Shown: positions 30,439 to 40,526 of the stretch, one piece after another
Layout of the letters: each line of letters begins with the position of its first letter
How positions within the stretch are numbered: position 1 is the stretch's first letter
NCBI GenBank assembly: GCA_014860625.1
Contig: JACZJJ010000022.1
Location: 11,887-75,886 of the forward strand
Direction of reading: 5' to 3'
DNA length: 64,000 bases
DNA from: Bacteroidales bacterium
GTDB lineage: Bacteria; Bacteroidota; Bacteroidia; Bacteroidales; FEN-979
Made by a program: the position numbers and the translations under genes
The notes under the pieces: model-generated
What the model saw: the letters and a program-made list of their open reading frames with translations, nothing else
Database searches by the model: none
What the model was told of the DNA's origin: nothing

Positions 30439-31419
30439 TTATGGATAGTAAATCTCCAAAAGTTTCGTTTTTGGCTTTGGAAGAATGAAGAGATGATCAA
30501 TGGTGGCAGGGATCAGGATGACTTCCCCTTTTTTTAGCTCCTCCATCCCTTGCAAAAACTGGATGCTGCAACTTCCGCTGGTGCAAAGATAGATGATAAA
30601 TGAGTCGATGTACTCCAGATCCTTTTTAATGCCATGATCCAACTCCAGGATATTTGTGGTGAATGCTGTACTCTCAACCAGGTTTACGGTTTGATTCTTC
30701 AGCTTTGCATAGGTCGTGCGGTAGTTATCAGGTATGGTGAAATCAATGGCTTCAAGAGCCAGGTCGGTATGGAGTTCCCTTGACTTTCCTTCGCCGTCGG
30801 TCCGGTCCCAGTCATAAATCCTGTAAGTGGTATCGGAAGTTTGCTGGATCTCAGCAAGCAGAACGCCAGGCCCCAACGCGTGAACCCTACCCGCTGGCAT
30901 GAAAAAAACATCCCCTGCATGAACAGACTCCACATTCAGGATCTCCTTCAGTCGCTTCTGCTCAAGGTAATCCAGGTAGATTTTTTGATTCACGGATTGG
31001 TTGAAACCGCTGATCAGTTCGGCCTTCTTATCCGCATCCAGGATATACCACATCTCAGTCTTTCCGTTGCCGATCTTCCGTTTTGCGGCCAGGGCATCAT
31101 CCGGATGGACCTGGATGGAGAGCCAGTCGTGGGAGTCAATAAACTTTACAAGGATCGGGAACTTTTCTGGAAACTGCTCGAATGCTTTCTCGCCAACCAG
31201 ATCGTCCATATAGATTTCAACCAGGTCGTTCAACTCATTTCCTTCAAGAAATCCGTTGGAAACGACAGTCTGAAATCCTTCAACTCCGGAGAGTACCCAA
31301 ACTTCCCCGCAGTTGGGAAGAGGGGAGAAGTCGAGACCCAATTCAGTGCGAATTTTATCACCACCCCACACTTTATCTTTAAAGATGGGCGTGAATTTCA
31401 ATGGATAGAGCAAGTTCAT
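30439..31419 (-). CDS. manA: Mannose-6-phosphate isomerase, class I
   Basis: VWGG, LSIQVHPDD, GKTEMW, EIQQTSDTTYRIYDW; start reassigned to MNLLYP. Confidence 0.9.
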   Translation of the reverse strand: MNLLYPLKFTPIFKDKVWGGDKIRTELGLDFSPLPNCGEVWVLSGVEGFQTVVSNGFLEGNELNDLVEIYMDDLVGEKAFEQFPEKFPILVKFIDSHDWLSIQVHPDDALAAKRKIGNGKTEMWYILDADKKAELISGFNQSVNQKIYLDYLEQKRLKEILNVESVHAGDVFFMPAGRVHALGPGVLLAEIQQTSDTTYRIYDWDRTDGEGKSRELHTDLALEAIDFTIPDNYRTTYAKLKNQTVNLVESTAFTTNILELDHGIKKDLEYIDSFIIYLCTSGSCSIQFLQGMEELKKGEVILIPATIDHLFILPKPKTKLLEIYYP

Positions 31420-31495
31420 GACAGATGTAGCAGTTACTCGATTAATGACTACTTTTACAGACTGATTGTAAGGCAAAGGTATACTTTTATCTATT

Positions 31496-32647
31496 ATGGC
31501 GACTCCCACGATTTCATATCTCAATAAAATACAAGAACTTAGAAAAGAACTTCACCAGTACCCTGAATATTCAGGCAGAGAAAAGAAGACAGCTGCCAGA
31601 GTTCTCCAGTTTTGTTCAGCTTTTCAGCCTGATGTTGTGATTGAAAGATTGGGAGGGAATGGTTTTGCTTTGGTTTTTGAAGGAGCTCTGGATGGGAAAA
31701 CTGTAATGCTCAGAGCGGAACTGGATGCATTGCCTCTGGATGAGGTCATTGATATTCCGCACCGCTCCCGAAACAAGGACCTTGCGCATAAATGCGGCCA
31801 CGACGGACACATGGCAATTCTCTGCGGGGTTGCTTCGCTGTTGCAGAAGAAGCGACCTAAAGCCGGAAGAATTGTACTTCTTTTTCAACCTGCTGAAGAG
31901 ACGGGAAAAGGATCAAAGGCAGTGTTGAAAGACCCCAAATTCCAGGGTATCGTACCCGATTATGTTTTTGCATTGCATAATCTTCCCGGATTTCCTGCAG
32001 GATCGGTCATCGTTAAAAATGGCCCGTTTGCCTTTGCATCTCTTGGCATCTTCACCCGGATCAAGGGGGAGTCGTCGCACGCAGCGTTTCCGGAACACGG
32101 AATATCCCCGCTTCCTGCATTGATGGAGCTGCTTGGCACACTTCAGGAACTTCCCAAAAACATTCCCAATCTTCACAAGGATACCATTCTAACCATTACC
32201 TACAGTCGTTTGGGGCACTTTGTGTTTGGAACCTCCCCGGGGCAGGCCGAACTGGCAGCCACCATACGATCGGAACGAAACGAGGACATTGAGAAGATCA
32301 AGGATACAATCATTCCTGTCATCAGGGAGATCGGAATCCGCTATATGCTGGATACGATAATTCAATGGCATGAACCTTTCAGTGCCACAGTAAATACCCC
32401 TGAGGCTGTTACCATGATCCGGTCTGCTGCGCGAAAACTGGATTTCCCTCTGGTGGAGAGAAATGACCCTTTCCGCTGGTCAGAAGATTTTGGCGAGTTT
32501 ACCGCAAAATATCCGGGAGCGATCTTCGGACTGGGTTCAGGGGAGAATCACTCCGATCTCCATACACCGCACTATGACTTCCCGGATGAGATCATCGAAC
32601 CCGGGATCCGGATGTTCTATGAGATAATCAACCAGATAAACAGATGA
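31496..32647 (+). CDS. M20 family amidohydrolase
   Basis: LHQYPE, RAELDAL, HKCGHDGH, FQPAEE, SEDF. Confidence 0.9.
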   Translation: MATPTISYLNKIQELRKELHQYPEYSGREKKTAARVLQFCSAFQPDVVIERLGGNGFALVFEGALDGKTVMLRAELDALPLDEVIDIPHRSRNKDLAHKCGHDGHMAILCGVASLLQKKRPKAGRIVLLFQPAEETGKGSKAVLKDPKFQGIVPDYVFALHNLPGFPAGSVIVKNGPFAFASLGIFTRIKGESSHAAFPEHGISPLPALMELLGTLQELPKNIPNLHKDTILTITYSRLGHFVFGTSPGQAELAATIRSERNEDIEKIKDTIIPVIREIGIRYMLDTIIQWHEPFSATVNTPEAVTMIRSAARKLDFPLVERNDPFRWSEDFGEFTAKYPGAIFGLGSGENHSDLHTPHYDFPDEIIEPGIRMFYEIINQINR

Positions 32648-32651
32648 TTTC

Positions 32652-33251
32652 ATGAACCCTATGCGCGCCATCTGCCTCTTTTGTGGATCTGCTGTCGGGA
32701 AATCTCCCAACTACCGTGAAGCAGGTCTGGCATTAGCTGCAGTGATGCTGAGAAAGAAGATTACCCTCATCTACGGTGGAGCGAATATCGGTTTGATGAA
32801 AGTTGCTGCGGATGCTTTTCTGGAAGCCGGCGGAAACGTCGTCGGTGTTATGCCTAAGAGTTTGGCCGACAGAGAGGTGGCGCACGACAGGTTAACAGCC
32901 ATGCACATTGTTCCTGGCATGCAGGAGAGGAAAGCGCTGATGGCTGAGCTCTCGGATGGCTTCATCACAATGCCCGGAGGATACGGGACCTTCGACGAGA
33001 TCTTCGAAATGCTCTCCTGGAACCAGCTGAAGCTGATGCAGAAGCCTGTAGGGGTTCTGAATGTAAACGGCTATTTTGATCCGATGATCCAGCAACTCGA
33101 CAGGGCTGTCAGAGAAGGGTTTCTGCGTCCTGAGCACCGGGAACTCCTGTTGGTTGATACGAACCCTGAAGTCTTAATCCAACGCATGGAAGTGTTCCTT
33201 CCCGTTGAAGCCGAAAAATGGATTGACCGGCTAAAAGCAGGAGAAATATGA
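32652..33251 (+). CDS. LOG-family nucleotide monophosphate phosphoribohydrolase
   Basis: YGGANIGLM, ERKALM, PGGYGTFDE. Confidence 0.9.
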   Translation: MNPMRAICLFCGSAVGKSPNYREAGLALAAVMLRKKITLIYGGANIGLMKVAADAFLEAGGNVVGVMPKSLADREVAHDRLTAMHIVPGMQERKALMAELSDGFITMPGGYGTFDEIFEMLSWNQLKLMQKPVGVLNVNGYFDPMIQQLDRAVREGFLRPEHRELLLVDTNPEVLIQRMEVFLPVEAEKWIDRLKAGEI

Positions 33252-33802
33252 TCATCATAGGAATCACCGGAACCCTCGGGGCAGGAAAAGGAACAATTGT
33301 CGACTACCTGACTGAAAAAAAAGGTTTTGCCCACTACTCCGTAAGGGGATATTTGGTTGGAAAAATCCGACAGCTTGGACTTCCCGAAAACCGCGACAGC
33401 ATGTTCAACCTTGCCAATGAGCTCAGGGCTGAGCATGGTCCCTCTTATGTGGTGGATCAACTCTTTGAGGAGGCCCGGAAATCGGGAAAGAACGGCATCA
33501 TAGAAAGTATCCGTACCACAGGAGAGATCGACTCGCTGCGAGAAAAGGGAGCCTTCTATCTTTTTGCGGTTGATGCTGACCCAAAACTACGGTACGAAAG
33601 GATTCAACTGCGGAAATCGGTAACAGACTCGGTTAGTTATGAAACCTTCGTTGAAAATGAAAAGCGGGAGTCGGTTTCCACCAATCCCGGGGTACAAAAT
33701 CTTCAAGCTTGCATTGATCAGGCTGATTATCGGTTTGAGAACAACGGTTCGATGAAGGAGCTCTTCCTGCAGGTGGATTCAGCTCTGGCAGAAATCCTTT
33801 AA
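33248..33802 (+). CDS. P-loop nucleoside monophosphate / dephospho-CoA kinase-like protein
   Basis: IIIGITGTLGAGKGT Walker A, IIESIR, LRYERI, ADYRFENNGS. Confidence 0.8.
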   Translation: MIIIGITGTLGAGKGTIVDYLTEKKGFAHYSVRGYLVGKIRQLGLPENRDSMFNLANELRAEHGPSYVVDQLFEEARKSGKNGIIESIRTTGEIDSLREKGAFYLFAVDADPKLRYERIQLRKSVTDSVSYETFVENEKRESVSTNPGVQNLQACIDQADYRFENNGSMKELFLQVDSALAEIL

Positions 33803-35431
33803 CCTGGCGGCACAACCCTGAAATGTGCTGAATACATGCTCCTCGCTCACCAGGTCGGGGATCAGAAAGCTGTTACGCATCATATATGCCGGTTGCGCCT
33901 GAGGCATGGATAGCAGGACGAGAATCTTCTTTTCAGACATATCCAGGATTGCTGATTCAAGGGCATTGAGACCTGATTGATCAAGGAAAGGTACCCTCTT
34001 CATCCTGATGACCACTACCTCGGTCTTAGCAGGAATTCCATTTATTTTATACTGGAATTGGTTCACCGAGCCGAAGAAAAGCGGACCATCCAACCGAACA
34101 ATGTAGATCTGGTCTTTCAGGCAGTTGGTTATCTCTGCTTCATCGTCCCACGGCATCTCTTCATCGGCTTCGTGAAGTGGCGCTACTTTCATGTTTTTAT
34201 CCACCATGTCGCCGGTACGTTTCATGAAGAGAACGGAGGCAATCACCATTCCAATACCAACAGCTTGCAGAAGGTCCACAAAAACTGTCAGAACAAGAAC
34301 CAGAATCAGTACCACGGCATCAGAACGAGGGATCAAACGCAGATCGGCCAACCCTTTCCGGTCTATAATACTGATGCCAACAGTAATTAAAATGCCTGCC
34401 AGAACACTGAGAGGAATATGACTCACAAGTTTACCAGCTCCCAGCAGGATAATCAGCAGAAAAATTCCGTGAATGAGTCCCGACCAGACACTCTTGCCGC
34501 CCGAACGGATGTTGACTACTGTTCGCATGGTGGCTCCGGCGCCGGGAATTCCTCCGATGAGTGATGCAGCCATGTTACCGATCCCTTGTCCGATCAATTC
34601 GCGGTTGCTGTTGTGCCTGGTCTTGGTGATATTATCTGCAACCACCGAAGTGAGAAGGGAGTCGATCGATCCCAAACCGGCCAGAGTCAGAGCCGGAAAG
34701 AAAACATAACTCAACTGGGACCATTGCAAATGCAGGATCTCAGAAATCCTGATAGTAGGCAATCCTCCGGCGATATCACCGATCACCGGGATTTCGCTCT
34801 TCAGCATGTATGCCAGGGCCGTCATCAGGATCACAGCGATGAGTGTTCCGGGCATCTTTTTCGCTAGTAACGGGAAGAGGTAAATGATGGCGATTGTTCC
34901 CAACCCAAAGAGCAATGCAACAGGTCTGAACATCGCAATGGCTTCAGGAATTTCAAGAACTGTTTTTATGATGGAAGAGGGAGATGTAAGCCCTGCCATG
35001 GGAAAGAGCTGCAGGACAATAATAATGATACCGATTCCGCTCATGAACCCCGACAACACAGGATAAGGGATGTAGCGGATATATTTTCCAAGACGCAGAA
35101 CCCCGAACAGGATCTGAAAAAGTCCTGCCAGAAAAAAGATGATGATGATCATCCCGATTCCCTTCTCCAGGCTTCCTGCATGTTGTATAGCCATGATGCC
35201 AATGGAGGCGGAAACTACGGTCATGGGGCCTGTGGGCCCACTGATCTGCGTGGGAGTCCCTCCAAACAGGGAGGCTAAAATCCCCAGCACGATGGCGCCA
35301 TACAACCCGGCAATTGCTCCAAGACCGGATTGTACACCAAATGCCAGCGCAAGTGGGAGAGCCACGATGCCTGCCGTGATCCCTCCATAGAAGTCTCCTT
35401 TCCCCGGGAGTGCGGGAAAATTAATTTTCAT
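33779..35431 (-). CDS. SulP family anion transporter with STAS domain
   Basis: GIVALPLALAFG, GGTPTQISGPTG, ELIGQGIGN, DGPLFFG. Confidence 0.92.
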   Translation of the reverse strand: MKINFPALPGKGDFYGGITAGIVALPLALAFGVQSGLGAIAGLYGAIVLGILASLFGGTPTQISGPTGPMTVVSASIGIMAIQHAGSLEKGIGMIIIIFFLAGLFQILFGVLRLGKYIRYIPYPVLSGFMSGIGIIIIVLQLFPMAGLTSPSSIIKTVLEIPEAIAMFRPVALLFGLGTIAIIYLFPLLAKKMPGTLIAVILMTALAYMLKSEIPVIGDIAGGLPTIRISEILHLQWSQLSYVFFPALTLAGLGSIDSLLTSVVADNITKTRHNSNRELIGQGIGNMAASLIGGIPGAGATMRTVVNIRSGGKSVWSGLIHGIFLLIILLGAGKLVSHIPLSVLAGILITVGISIIDRKGLADLRLIPRSDAVVLILVLVLTVFVDLLQAVGIGMVIASVLFMKRTGDMVDKNMKVAPLHEADEEMPWDDEAEITNCLKDQIYIVRLDGPLFFGSVNQFQYKINGIPAKTEVVVIRMKRVPFLDQSGLNALESAILDMSEKKILVLLSMPQAQPAYMMRNSFLIPDLVSEEHVFSTFQGCAARLKDFCQS

Positions 35432-35488
35432 GGTAATCGGTTTGAATTTCAATAGGGGAGGTGCAAAATCGTGCAAAAGTAATTTTTT

Positions 35489-35523
35489 ATTTCTAATTTC
35501 GAATTTCCAATTTCATATTTCCA
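35489..35523 (+). repeat. Heptamer array (ATTTCnn)x5
   Basis: ATTTCTA ATTTCGA ATTTCCA ATTTCAT ATTTCCA. Confidence 0.8.
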
Positions 35524-35542
35524 TTCAAATTAACTAAGCCTC

Positions 35543-36037
35543 ATGACTGAATCACCTTCATACATACGTCCCTCCTGGGACGACTATTTCATGGAAATTG
35601 CCAATACCGTTGCCAATAGGGCTACCTGCGACCGGGGCCGGAGCGGTTGCGTGATCGCTCGCGACAAACAGATCCTGGTGACAGGGTATGTGGGCAGTCC
35701 TCGAGGGTTGCCTCATTGCGATGAGATAGGTCATCTTTTAAAGCAGGTTACCCATGAAGACGGCCGGGTATCCCAGCACTGCATGCGTACCGTCCATGCC
35801 GAGCAGAACGCCATTTGCCAGGCAGCACGGTTAGGAATACCCCTGGAAGGGGCTACCCTCTATTGCAGGATGACCCCCTGCCGCACTTGTGCCATGCTGA
35901 TCATCAACTGCGGGATCGTTCGGGTGGTGTGCCAGCGAAAATACCATGATGGCCGTGATTCGGAGGAGATGTTTGCCAAAGCGGGGATTTCGCTCGAATA
36001 TGTGATCGACGAAGTGCAGCAGTACGATAAGCAGTAA
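35543..36037 (+). CDS. dCMP deaminase family protein
   Basis: RPSWDDYFM, RATCDR, HAEQNAI, PCRTC zinc motif. Confidence 0.92.
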   Translation: MTESPSYIRPSWDDYFMEIANTVANRATCDRGRSGCVIARDKQILVTGYVGSPRGLPHCDEIGHLLKQVTHEDGRVSQHCMRTVHAEQNAICQAARLGIPLEGATLYCRMTPCRTCAMLIINCGIVRVVCQRKYHDGRDSEEMFAKAGISLEYVIDEVQQYDKQ

Positions 36038-36053
36038 ATCATTATCTTTACAC

Positions 36054-36608
36054 GTGAACAAGGATCCAAAGGGGATGCCCAATGCCTTAGATAAAACGGA
36101 ATTTGAACGGCTGTTCAAAAATGAGTTCAAAGGACTCGTGCTGTTCTCCATTCAGTATGTCAAGGATTACGAAGCGGCCCGGGAAATTGTGCAGGAGGCA
36201 TTCATTGGTTTATGGGACAAGAGAAGTCAGATCGATCCCGCAAGACAGGTAAAAAGCTACCTCTCCACGACTGTCAGAAACCGCTCCCTGAACTACCTGC
36301 GGGATAACAGGAAATTTGATACCCGCCTTCTTACCCAGGAAAATCTTTTCCCTCTTGCATCGTACGAACAAACAGACAACCTTGTGGTAAAGGAGCTTCA
36401 GGATAAAATCCATGAAGCCGTTTCGGAACTGCCGGAAAGATGCCGGGAGGTATTTTTACTCAGCAGAAATGAACACCTCAAATACCAGGCAATTGCCGAT
36501 AAACTCCAGATTTCGGTTAAAACCGTGGAGACCCAGATGTCGAAAGCACTGCAACACCTCCGAATCCGGTTGAAGGATTACCTCCCATCAGGGTATCCCT
36601 CAACTTAA
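36054..36608 (+). CDS. ECF RNA polymerase sigma-70 factor (FecI-like)
   Basis: EIVQEAFIGLW, LPERCREVFLLSR, ISVKTVETQMSKAL; start may be ATG 36075. Confidence 0.9.
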   Translation: MNKDPKGMPNALDKTEFERLFKNEFKGLVLFSIQYVKDYEAAREIVQEAFIGLWDKRSQIDPARQVKSYLSTTVRNRSLNYLRDNRKFDTRLLTQENLFPLASYEQTDNLVVKELQDKIHEAVSELPERCREVFLLSRNEHLKYQAIADKLQISVKTVETQMSKALQHLRIRLKDYLPSGYPST

Positions 36609-36619
36609 GTGTATAATGA
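36586..36619 (+). promoter_or_regulatory. Putative ECF promoter, copy 1
   Basis: CATCAGGGTA-N13-GTGTATAATGA, same arms and spacing as at 41435. Confidence 0.7.
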
Positions 36620-36627
36620 ATGAATAA

Positions 36628-37836
36628 ATGAACACAAACGACACATATTACACTGACCTGATCACCCGGTACCTTTCAGGAGAGGCTTTGCCGGAAGAGA
36701 TTTCGGAGCTTTCATCCTGGATTGGTTCCAACCCCGAACACGCAACTCTTTTTAGCGAGTTCAGGAAAACATGGGAAAGTATTACTGCCGACCAGGTTGA
36801 GCAACAGTTAGATCCGTCGAAGGAGTGGGAAGTTCTGCTGCCCAAACTGAAAGGAATTGGGGCTCAGGGCACAGGGCCAGGGGCACAGGGCCAAGGGCAC
36901 AGGGCACAGGGCACAGGGCCAAAACAAGAGGGTTCAGGGCACAGAGCACAGGGCTCAGGGCTCAGGGCGAAGGCTCCGGGTCAAAAGGCACCGGACATCG
37001 AATCCTGGGATCCGGCATCCGGTATCCGGCATCTGGCATCCGAGAAGGAACCAAAGGTCATCCAGATGGAGAGCAACCGGCTCCCCTGGCAGGTGGTCAT
37101 GATCAGGGCCTCCCTCATTGCTGCCATTGCATTGGTACTTCTGATTCCTGCCTGGATGACATACCACTATTTTTCAGCAACTGACATGGTTCGGCTTACC
37201 GCCTCCGGTGAAGTCCTTGAGGCAGTACTTCCTGACGGTACAACGATATCTCTGAATGCTTATGCGTCAATCTCTTATCCTGAAAACTACGGGATAAATA
37301 ACCGTGAAGTCATACTAAACGGACAGGGTTATTTTGAGGTAAACAGGGACTCTCTGCTGCCTTTTGTCATTACCTGCGGCAGTTCAAAACTTGAAGTGCT
37401 GGGAACCTCCTTCTTTGTCGACGCCGAACAGGCCGCTGGAAATATGGAGGTCGTTCTGGTTGACGGAAGCGTGGCGGTCTATTTTGAGGATGCCCGCTCC
37501 ACCGGCAAAACAATCATTCCCGGAGAAAAAGCAAAACTGATCCAGACGGATCAGCGTATCATCATCTCGCCCAACGAAGACCCCAACTTCATGGCATGGA
37601 AGACACACAACCTCATTTTTCTTGACGACAGGCTGGATATGATCCTCACCACCCTGAACAAAATCTATCAATCCAATATCACCCTGGCGAATGAAAACCT
37701 GGCTGACTGCCGCCTCACAGCTACTTTCAGCCAGCAGTCGCTGGAATCGGTACTCAGCGTGATCGGGGTTACGCTGGACCTTCAGTCTGAAACCACACCT
37801 TCCGGTATCATCCTCTACGGGAAAGGATGCAACTAA
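36628..37836 (+). CDS. FecR-family anti-sigma factor with about 60-aa repeat-derived insert
   Basis: LITRYLSGE N-domain, TM helix, LPDGTTISLN, GQGYFEV, VLGTSF. Confidence 0.9.
   Translation: MNTNDTYYTDLITRYLSGEALPEEISELSSWIGSNPEHATLFSEFRKTWESITADQVEQQLDPSKEWEVLLPKLKGIGAQGTGPGAQGQGHRAQGTGPKQEGSGHRAQGSGLRAKAPGQKAPDIESWDPASGIRHLASEKEPKVIQMESNRLPWQVVMIRASLIAAIALVLLIPAWMTYHYFSATDMVRLTASGEVLEAVLPDGTTISLNAYASISYPENYGINNREVILNGQGYFEVNRDSLLPFVITCGSSKLEVLGTSFFVDAEQAAGNMEVVLVDGSVAVYFEDARSTGKTIIPGEKAKLIQTDQRIIISPNEDPNFMAWKTHNLIFLDDRLDMILTTLNKIYQSNITLANENLADCRLTATFSQQSLESVLSVIGVTLDLQSETTPSGIILYGKGCN
36860..37042 (+). repeat. In-frame heptamer arrays (GGGCACA-type, 16 periods; ATCCGGC-type)
   Basis: Register unbroken 36860-36971; encodes GAQGTGPGAQGQGHRAQG...DPASGIRHLAS. 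Confidence 0.93.
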
Positions 37837-40526
37837 CCGGCTGGCATCGATTGTCTGCCGGGCTCAGGGCTGCTTCATTGCGTCTCGCAGGCCTGCTGCT
37901 GATTTGCCTGTTTCATCACGCCCTTTTCAGCCAGGATCCGGGTCGGAAAATTTCCCTCGGGGTCAAACGTATGCCTCTCAGCGAGGTGCTTGAGCAGATA
38001 TCCGGAAAAGGAGATATCCGCTTCTCCTACAGTTCCCATGTGATCCCTGTTCATCAAGAGATCTCTTATACATGCAAGGATAAACGTATCAGCGAAGTAT
38101 TGAATGAGATCCTTGGAAGCCTGGGAATCGAGTGGTTGCTGGTGGAAAACCAGATCGTTCTGAAACTTCTTACTCCGGCCGGGCAGGTTGAAAACAGCAT
38201 AAAGGTCAGACAGCCACAAGTCTATGCCATCAGCGGGTATCTGCACGACAGCCTGACAGGAGAAGCGCTGATCGGGGCCAATATCATGGTCAGGAAGCTG
38301 GGAAAGGGCACTACGACAAACGAATATGGATTCTACTCTCTTTCCTTACCCAGCGGATCTCACGAAGTTGAATTTTCCTTCCTTGGATTCAGGGAGGCAA
38401 TCTCTTCATTGAACTTGATGAAAGACACACTGATCTCTCCTGATCTTCAGGAAGCCAGTGTAGGGATGCGCGAAGTGGTGATCAGAGCAAGGGATAACCC
38501 ACAGCTTCCTGCTGTGAACCAACCAGGAGATTTCAACTTCTCAGGAGCTACCCTGGAGAGGCTTCCCGGTTTTGCAGGAGATGTAGATGTGCTAAAGGCA
38601 CTGCAGCTCTTGCCGGGAATCAGAACTTTCGGAGACGGATCTTCACTCTACTATGTCAGGGGAGGGAACAACGACCAGAATCTCCTGATGATCGATGAAG
38701 CACCGATTTACAACCCGTCGCATCTGTTTGGTTTCTACTCGGTACTCGCACCCGATGCCGTGAATGACATGGAGATTTACAAAGGAGATTTTCCGGCAAG
38801 GTACGGCGGCAGAGCCTCTTCGGTGATCAACATTACGGCACGTGAGGGAAACATGAAACGGTTCAGCTTTGGCGGCAACCTGGGCCCATATGCCTCCTCC
38901 CTCACCGTTGAAGGCCCGATTGTAAAGGACAAGGCTTCCTTCATTGTTTCAGGACGCCTCTCCACCCTCAACTGGCTCAACTACCTTGTGGATGATGCCG
39001 GCTCGTTTGATCTTTATTTTTTTGATATCAATGCCAAGATCAATGTGAAACCAACCCGGAAGGACAGGATATTTTTCACTTTTTTTACCGGACGCGACCA
39101 GTTCAACCGTTTTACCAACTCTGTTTACAGGACATACGGCATCAGCTGGGATAACATGGCAGCTACACTTCGCTGGAACCACCTGTTCAATCCGAAACTT
39201 TTTTCCAACACTACACTGAACTTCAGCAATTACGACTACTCACTCTTTCTTTCATCCGACCACAAGAGCTACTGGCAATCCTCCATTGGCAGCATAACCC
39301 TCAAAAGCGATTTCACCTGGTTTCTCAACCCGTCGAATACGCTGCGGGCGGGTTTTGCAGTGAGCCGCTATCACTCCAACCCGGGAAACATTTCGCAGGA
39401 AGGGGAAGAGGAGCAGCTCGAGGTAAGAGAGGTGTCTGAATACACATCGATGGAATACCTGATTTATCTGAGCAACGAGCAGAAGATCGGCAACAGGCTC
39501 TCTCTGCAGTATGGGATCAGGCTTCCTGTCTGGCAGAACTTTGGCCCCTCAAGCATCTATTTCTTTGACCCGAATTTTAACGTGATCGACACGGTTCAGG
39601 TTGGTAAAAACACCTCGTACGATGTGTTTTTCAGTCCGGAGCCCAGAGTGTCGTTAGGTTTTGCCCTGAACAAGAGCTCTTCTCTCAAAGCCAGCTACAG
39701 CCGCACTACGCAGTTCATACAACAGCTCTCAACAGCAACCGGGCCTTTCACCTCCCTGGAGGTATGGGTTCCCGTCGGCCAAAACATCCAGCCCCTGAAA
39801 ACCGACCAGGTCACATTGGGCTATTTTCTGAAGTTTGCCTCTTCCAATCTTTACTTTTCTGCGGAAGCCTTTTATAAATATTTCAGAGATCATATTGATT
39901 ATACAGACCATGCAAACCTCCTCTACAATCCTTTGCTGGAAGGCGAACTCAGGTTCGGCAACGCGTGGTCGTACGGACTGGAGGTGATGCTTCAGAAACC
40001 TGTTGGCAAGCTCAGCGGATGGATTGGATACACCTGGTCGCGAGCGATGACGGAGACTGCCGGGGTGAATGCAGGAGACCCCTATCCTGCCAGTTTCGAC
40101 TCCCCGCATAATCTTTGCATGTATCTCTCTTATGACACCCGAAAACGGTGGTCATTTTCAGCAAACTGGGTGTTCATGACAGGGAACCCGATTACCTCTC
40201 CTGTAGGATTTTATCTGTACAACGGATCTACGCTCCCTCTCTATGGAGCAAAGAACAATGACCGTTTGCCCGACTACCACCGGCTGGATCTTTCGGTCGT
40301 TTACCGCCTGAACAAGCCAGATGCCAGGTTCCGCCACAACCTGGCAATAACTCTCTACAATGCGTATGGAAAGGCGAATCCCTTTTCGGTGAGCTTCAAT
40401 AAATACCAGGACGGACAAGGCAATTTCGTAGTACCCTCAAACCTTGAAGGCGATTACGAACTTGTTCCTACGATGATTTCAGTGGCAGGGATCATTCCGT
40501 CGCTCAATTACCAGTTTAAGTTCTGA
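37827..40526 (+). CDS. TonB-dependent receptor with N-terminal signalling extension
   Basis: STN-like N-terminus, GEALIGANI, plug VRGGNNDQN, RLPDYHRLD, terminal YQFKF. Confidence 0.9.
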   Translation: MQLTGWHRLSAGLRAASLRLAGLLLICLFHHALFSQDPGRKISLGVKRMPLSEVLEQISGKGDIRFSYSSHVIPVHQEISYTCKDKRISEVLNEILGSLGIEWLLVENQIVLKLLTPAGQVENSIKVRQPQVYAISGYLHDSLTGEALIGANIMVRKLGKGTTTNEYGFYSLSLPSGSHEVEFSFLGFREAISSLNLMKDTLISPDLQEASVGMREVVIRARDNPQLPAVNQPGDFNFSGATLERLPGFAGDVDVLKALQLLPGIRTFGDGSSLYYVRGGNNDQNLLMIDEAPIYNPSHLFGFYSVLAPDAVNDMEIYKGDFPARYGGRASSVINITAREGNMKRFSFGGNLGPYASSLTVEGPIVKDKASFIVSGRLSTLNWLNYLVDDAGSFDLYFFDINAKINVKPTRKDRIFFTFFTGRDQFNRFTNSVYRTYGISWDNMAATLRWNHLFNPKLFSNTTLNFSNYDYSLFLSSDHKSYWQSSIGSITLKSDFTWFLNPSNTLRAGFAVSRYHSNPGNISQEGEEEQLEVREVSEYTSMEYLIYLSNEQKIGNRLSLQYGIRLPVWQNFGPSSIYFFDPNFNVIDTVQVGKNTSYDVFFSPEPRVSLGFALNKSSSLKASYSRTTQFIQQLSTATGPFTSLEVWVPVGQNIQPLKTDQVTLGYFLKFASSNLYFSAEAFYKYFRDHIDYTDHANLLYNPLLEGELRFGNAWSYGLEVMLQKPVGKLSGWIGYTWSRAMTETAGVNAGDPYPASFDSPHNLCMYLSYDTRKRWSFSANWVFMTGNPITSPVGFYLYNGSTLPLYGAKNNDRLPDYHRLDLSVVYRLNKPDARFRHNLAITLYNAYGKANPFSVSFNKYQDGQGNFVVPSNLEGDYELVPTMISVAGIIPSLNYQFKF

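Noticed and set aside
36825-37184. Overlapping ORFs inside fecR as separate genes
   Set aside because: Open only because the heptamer units lack stop codons.
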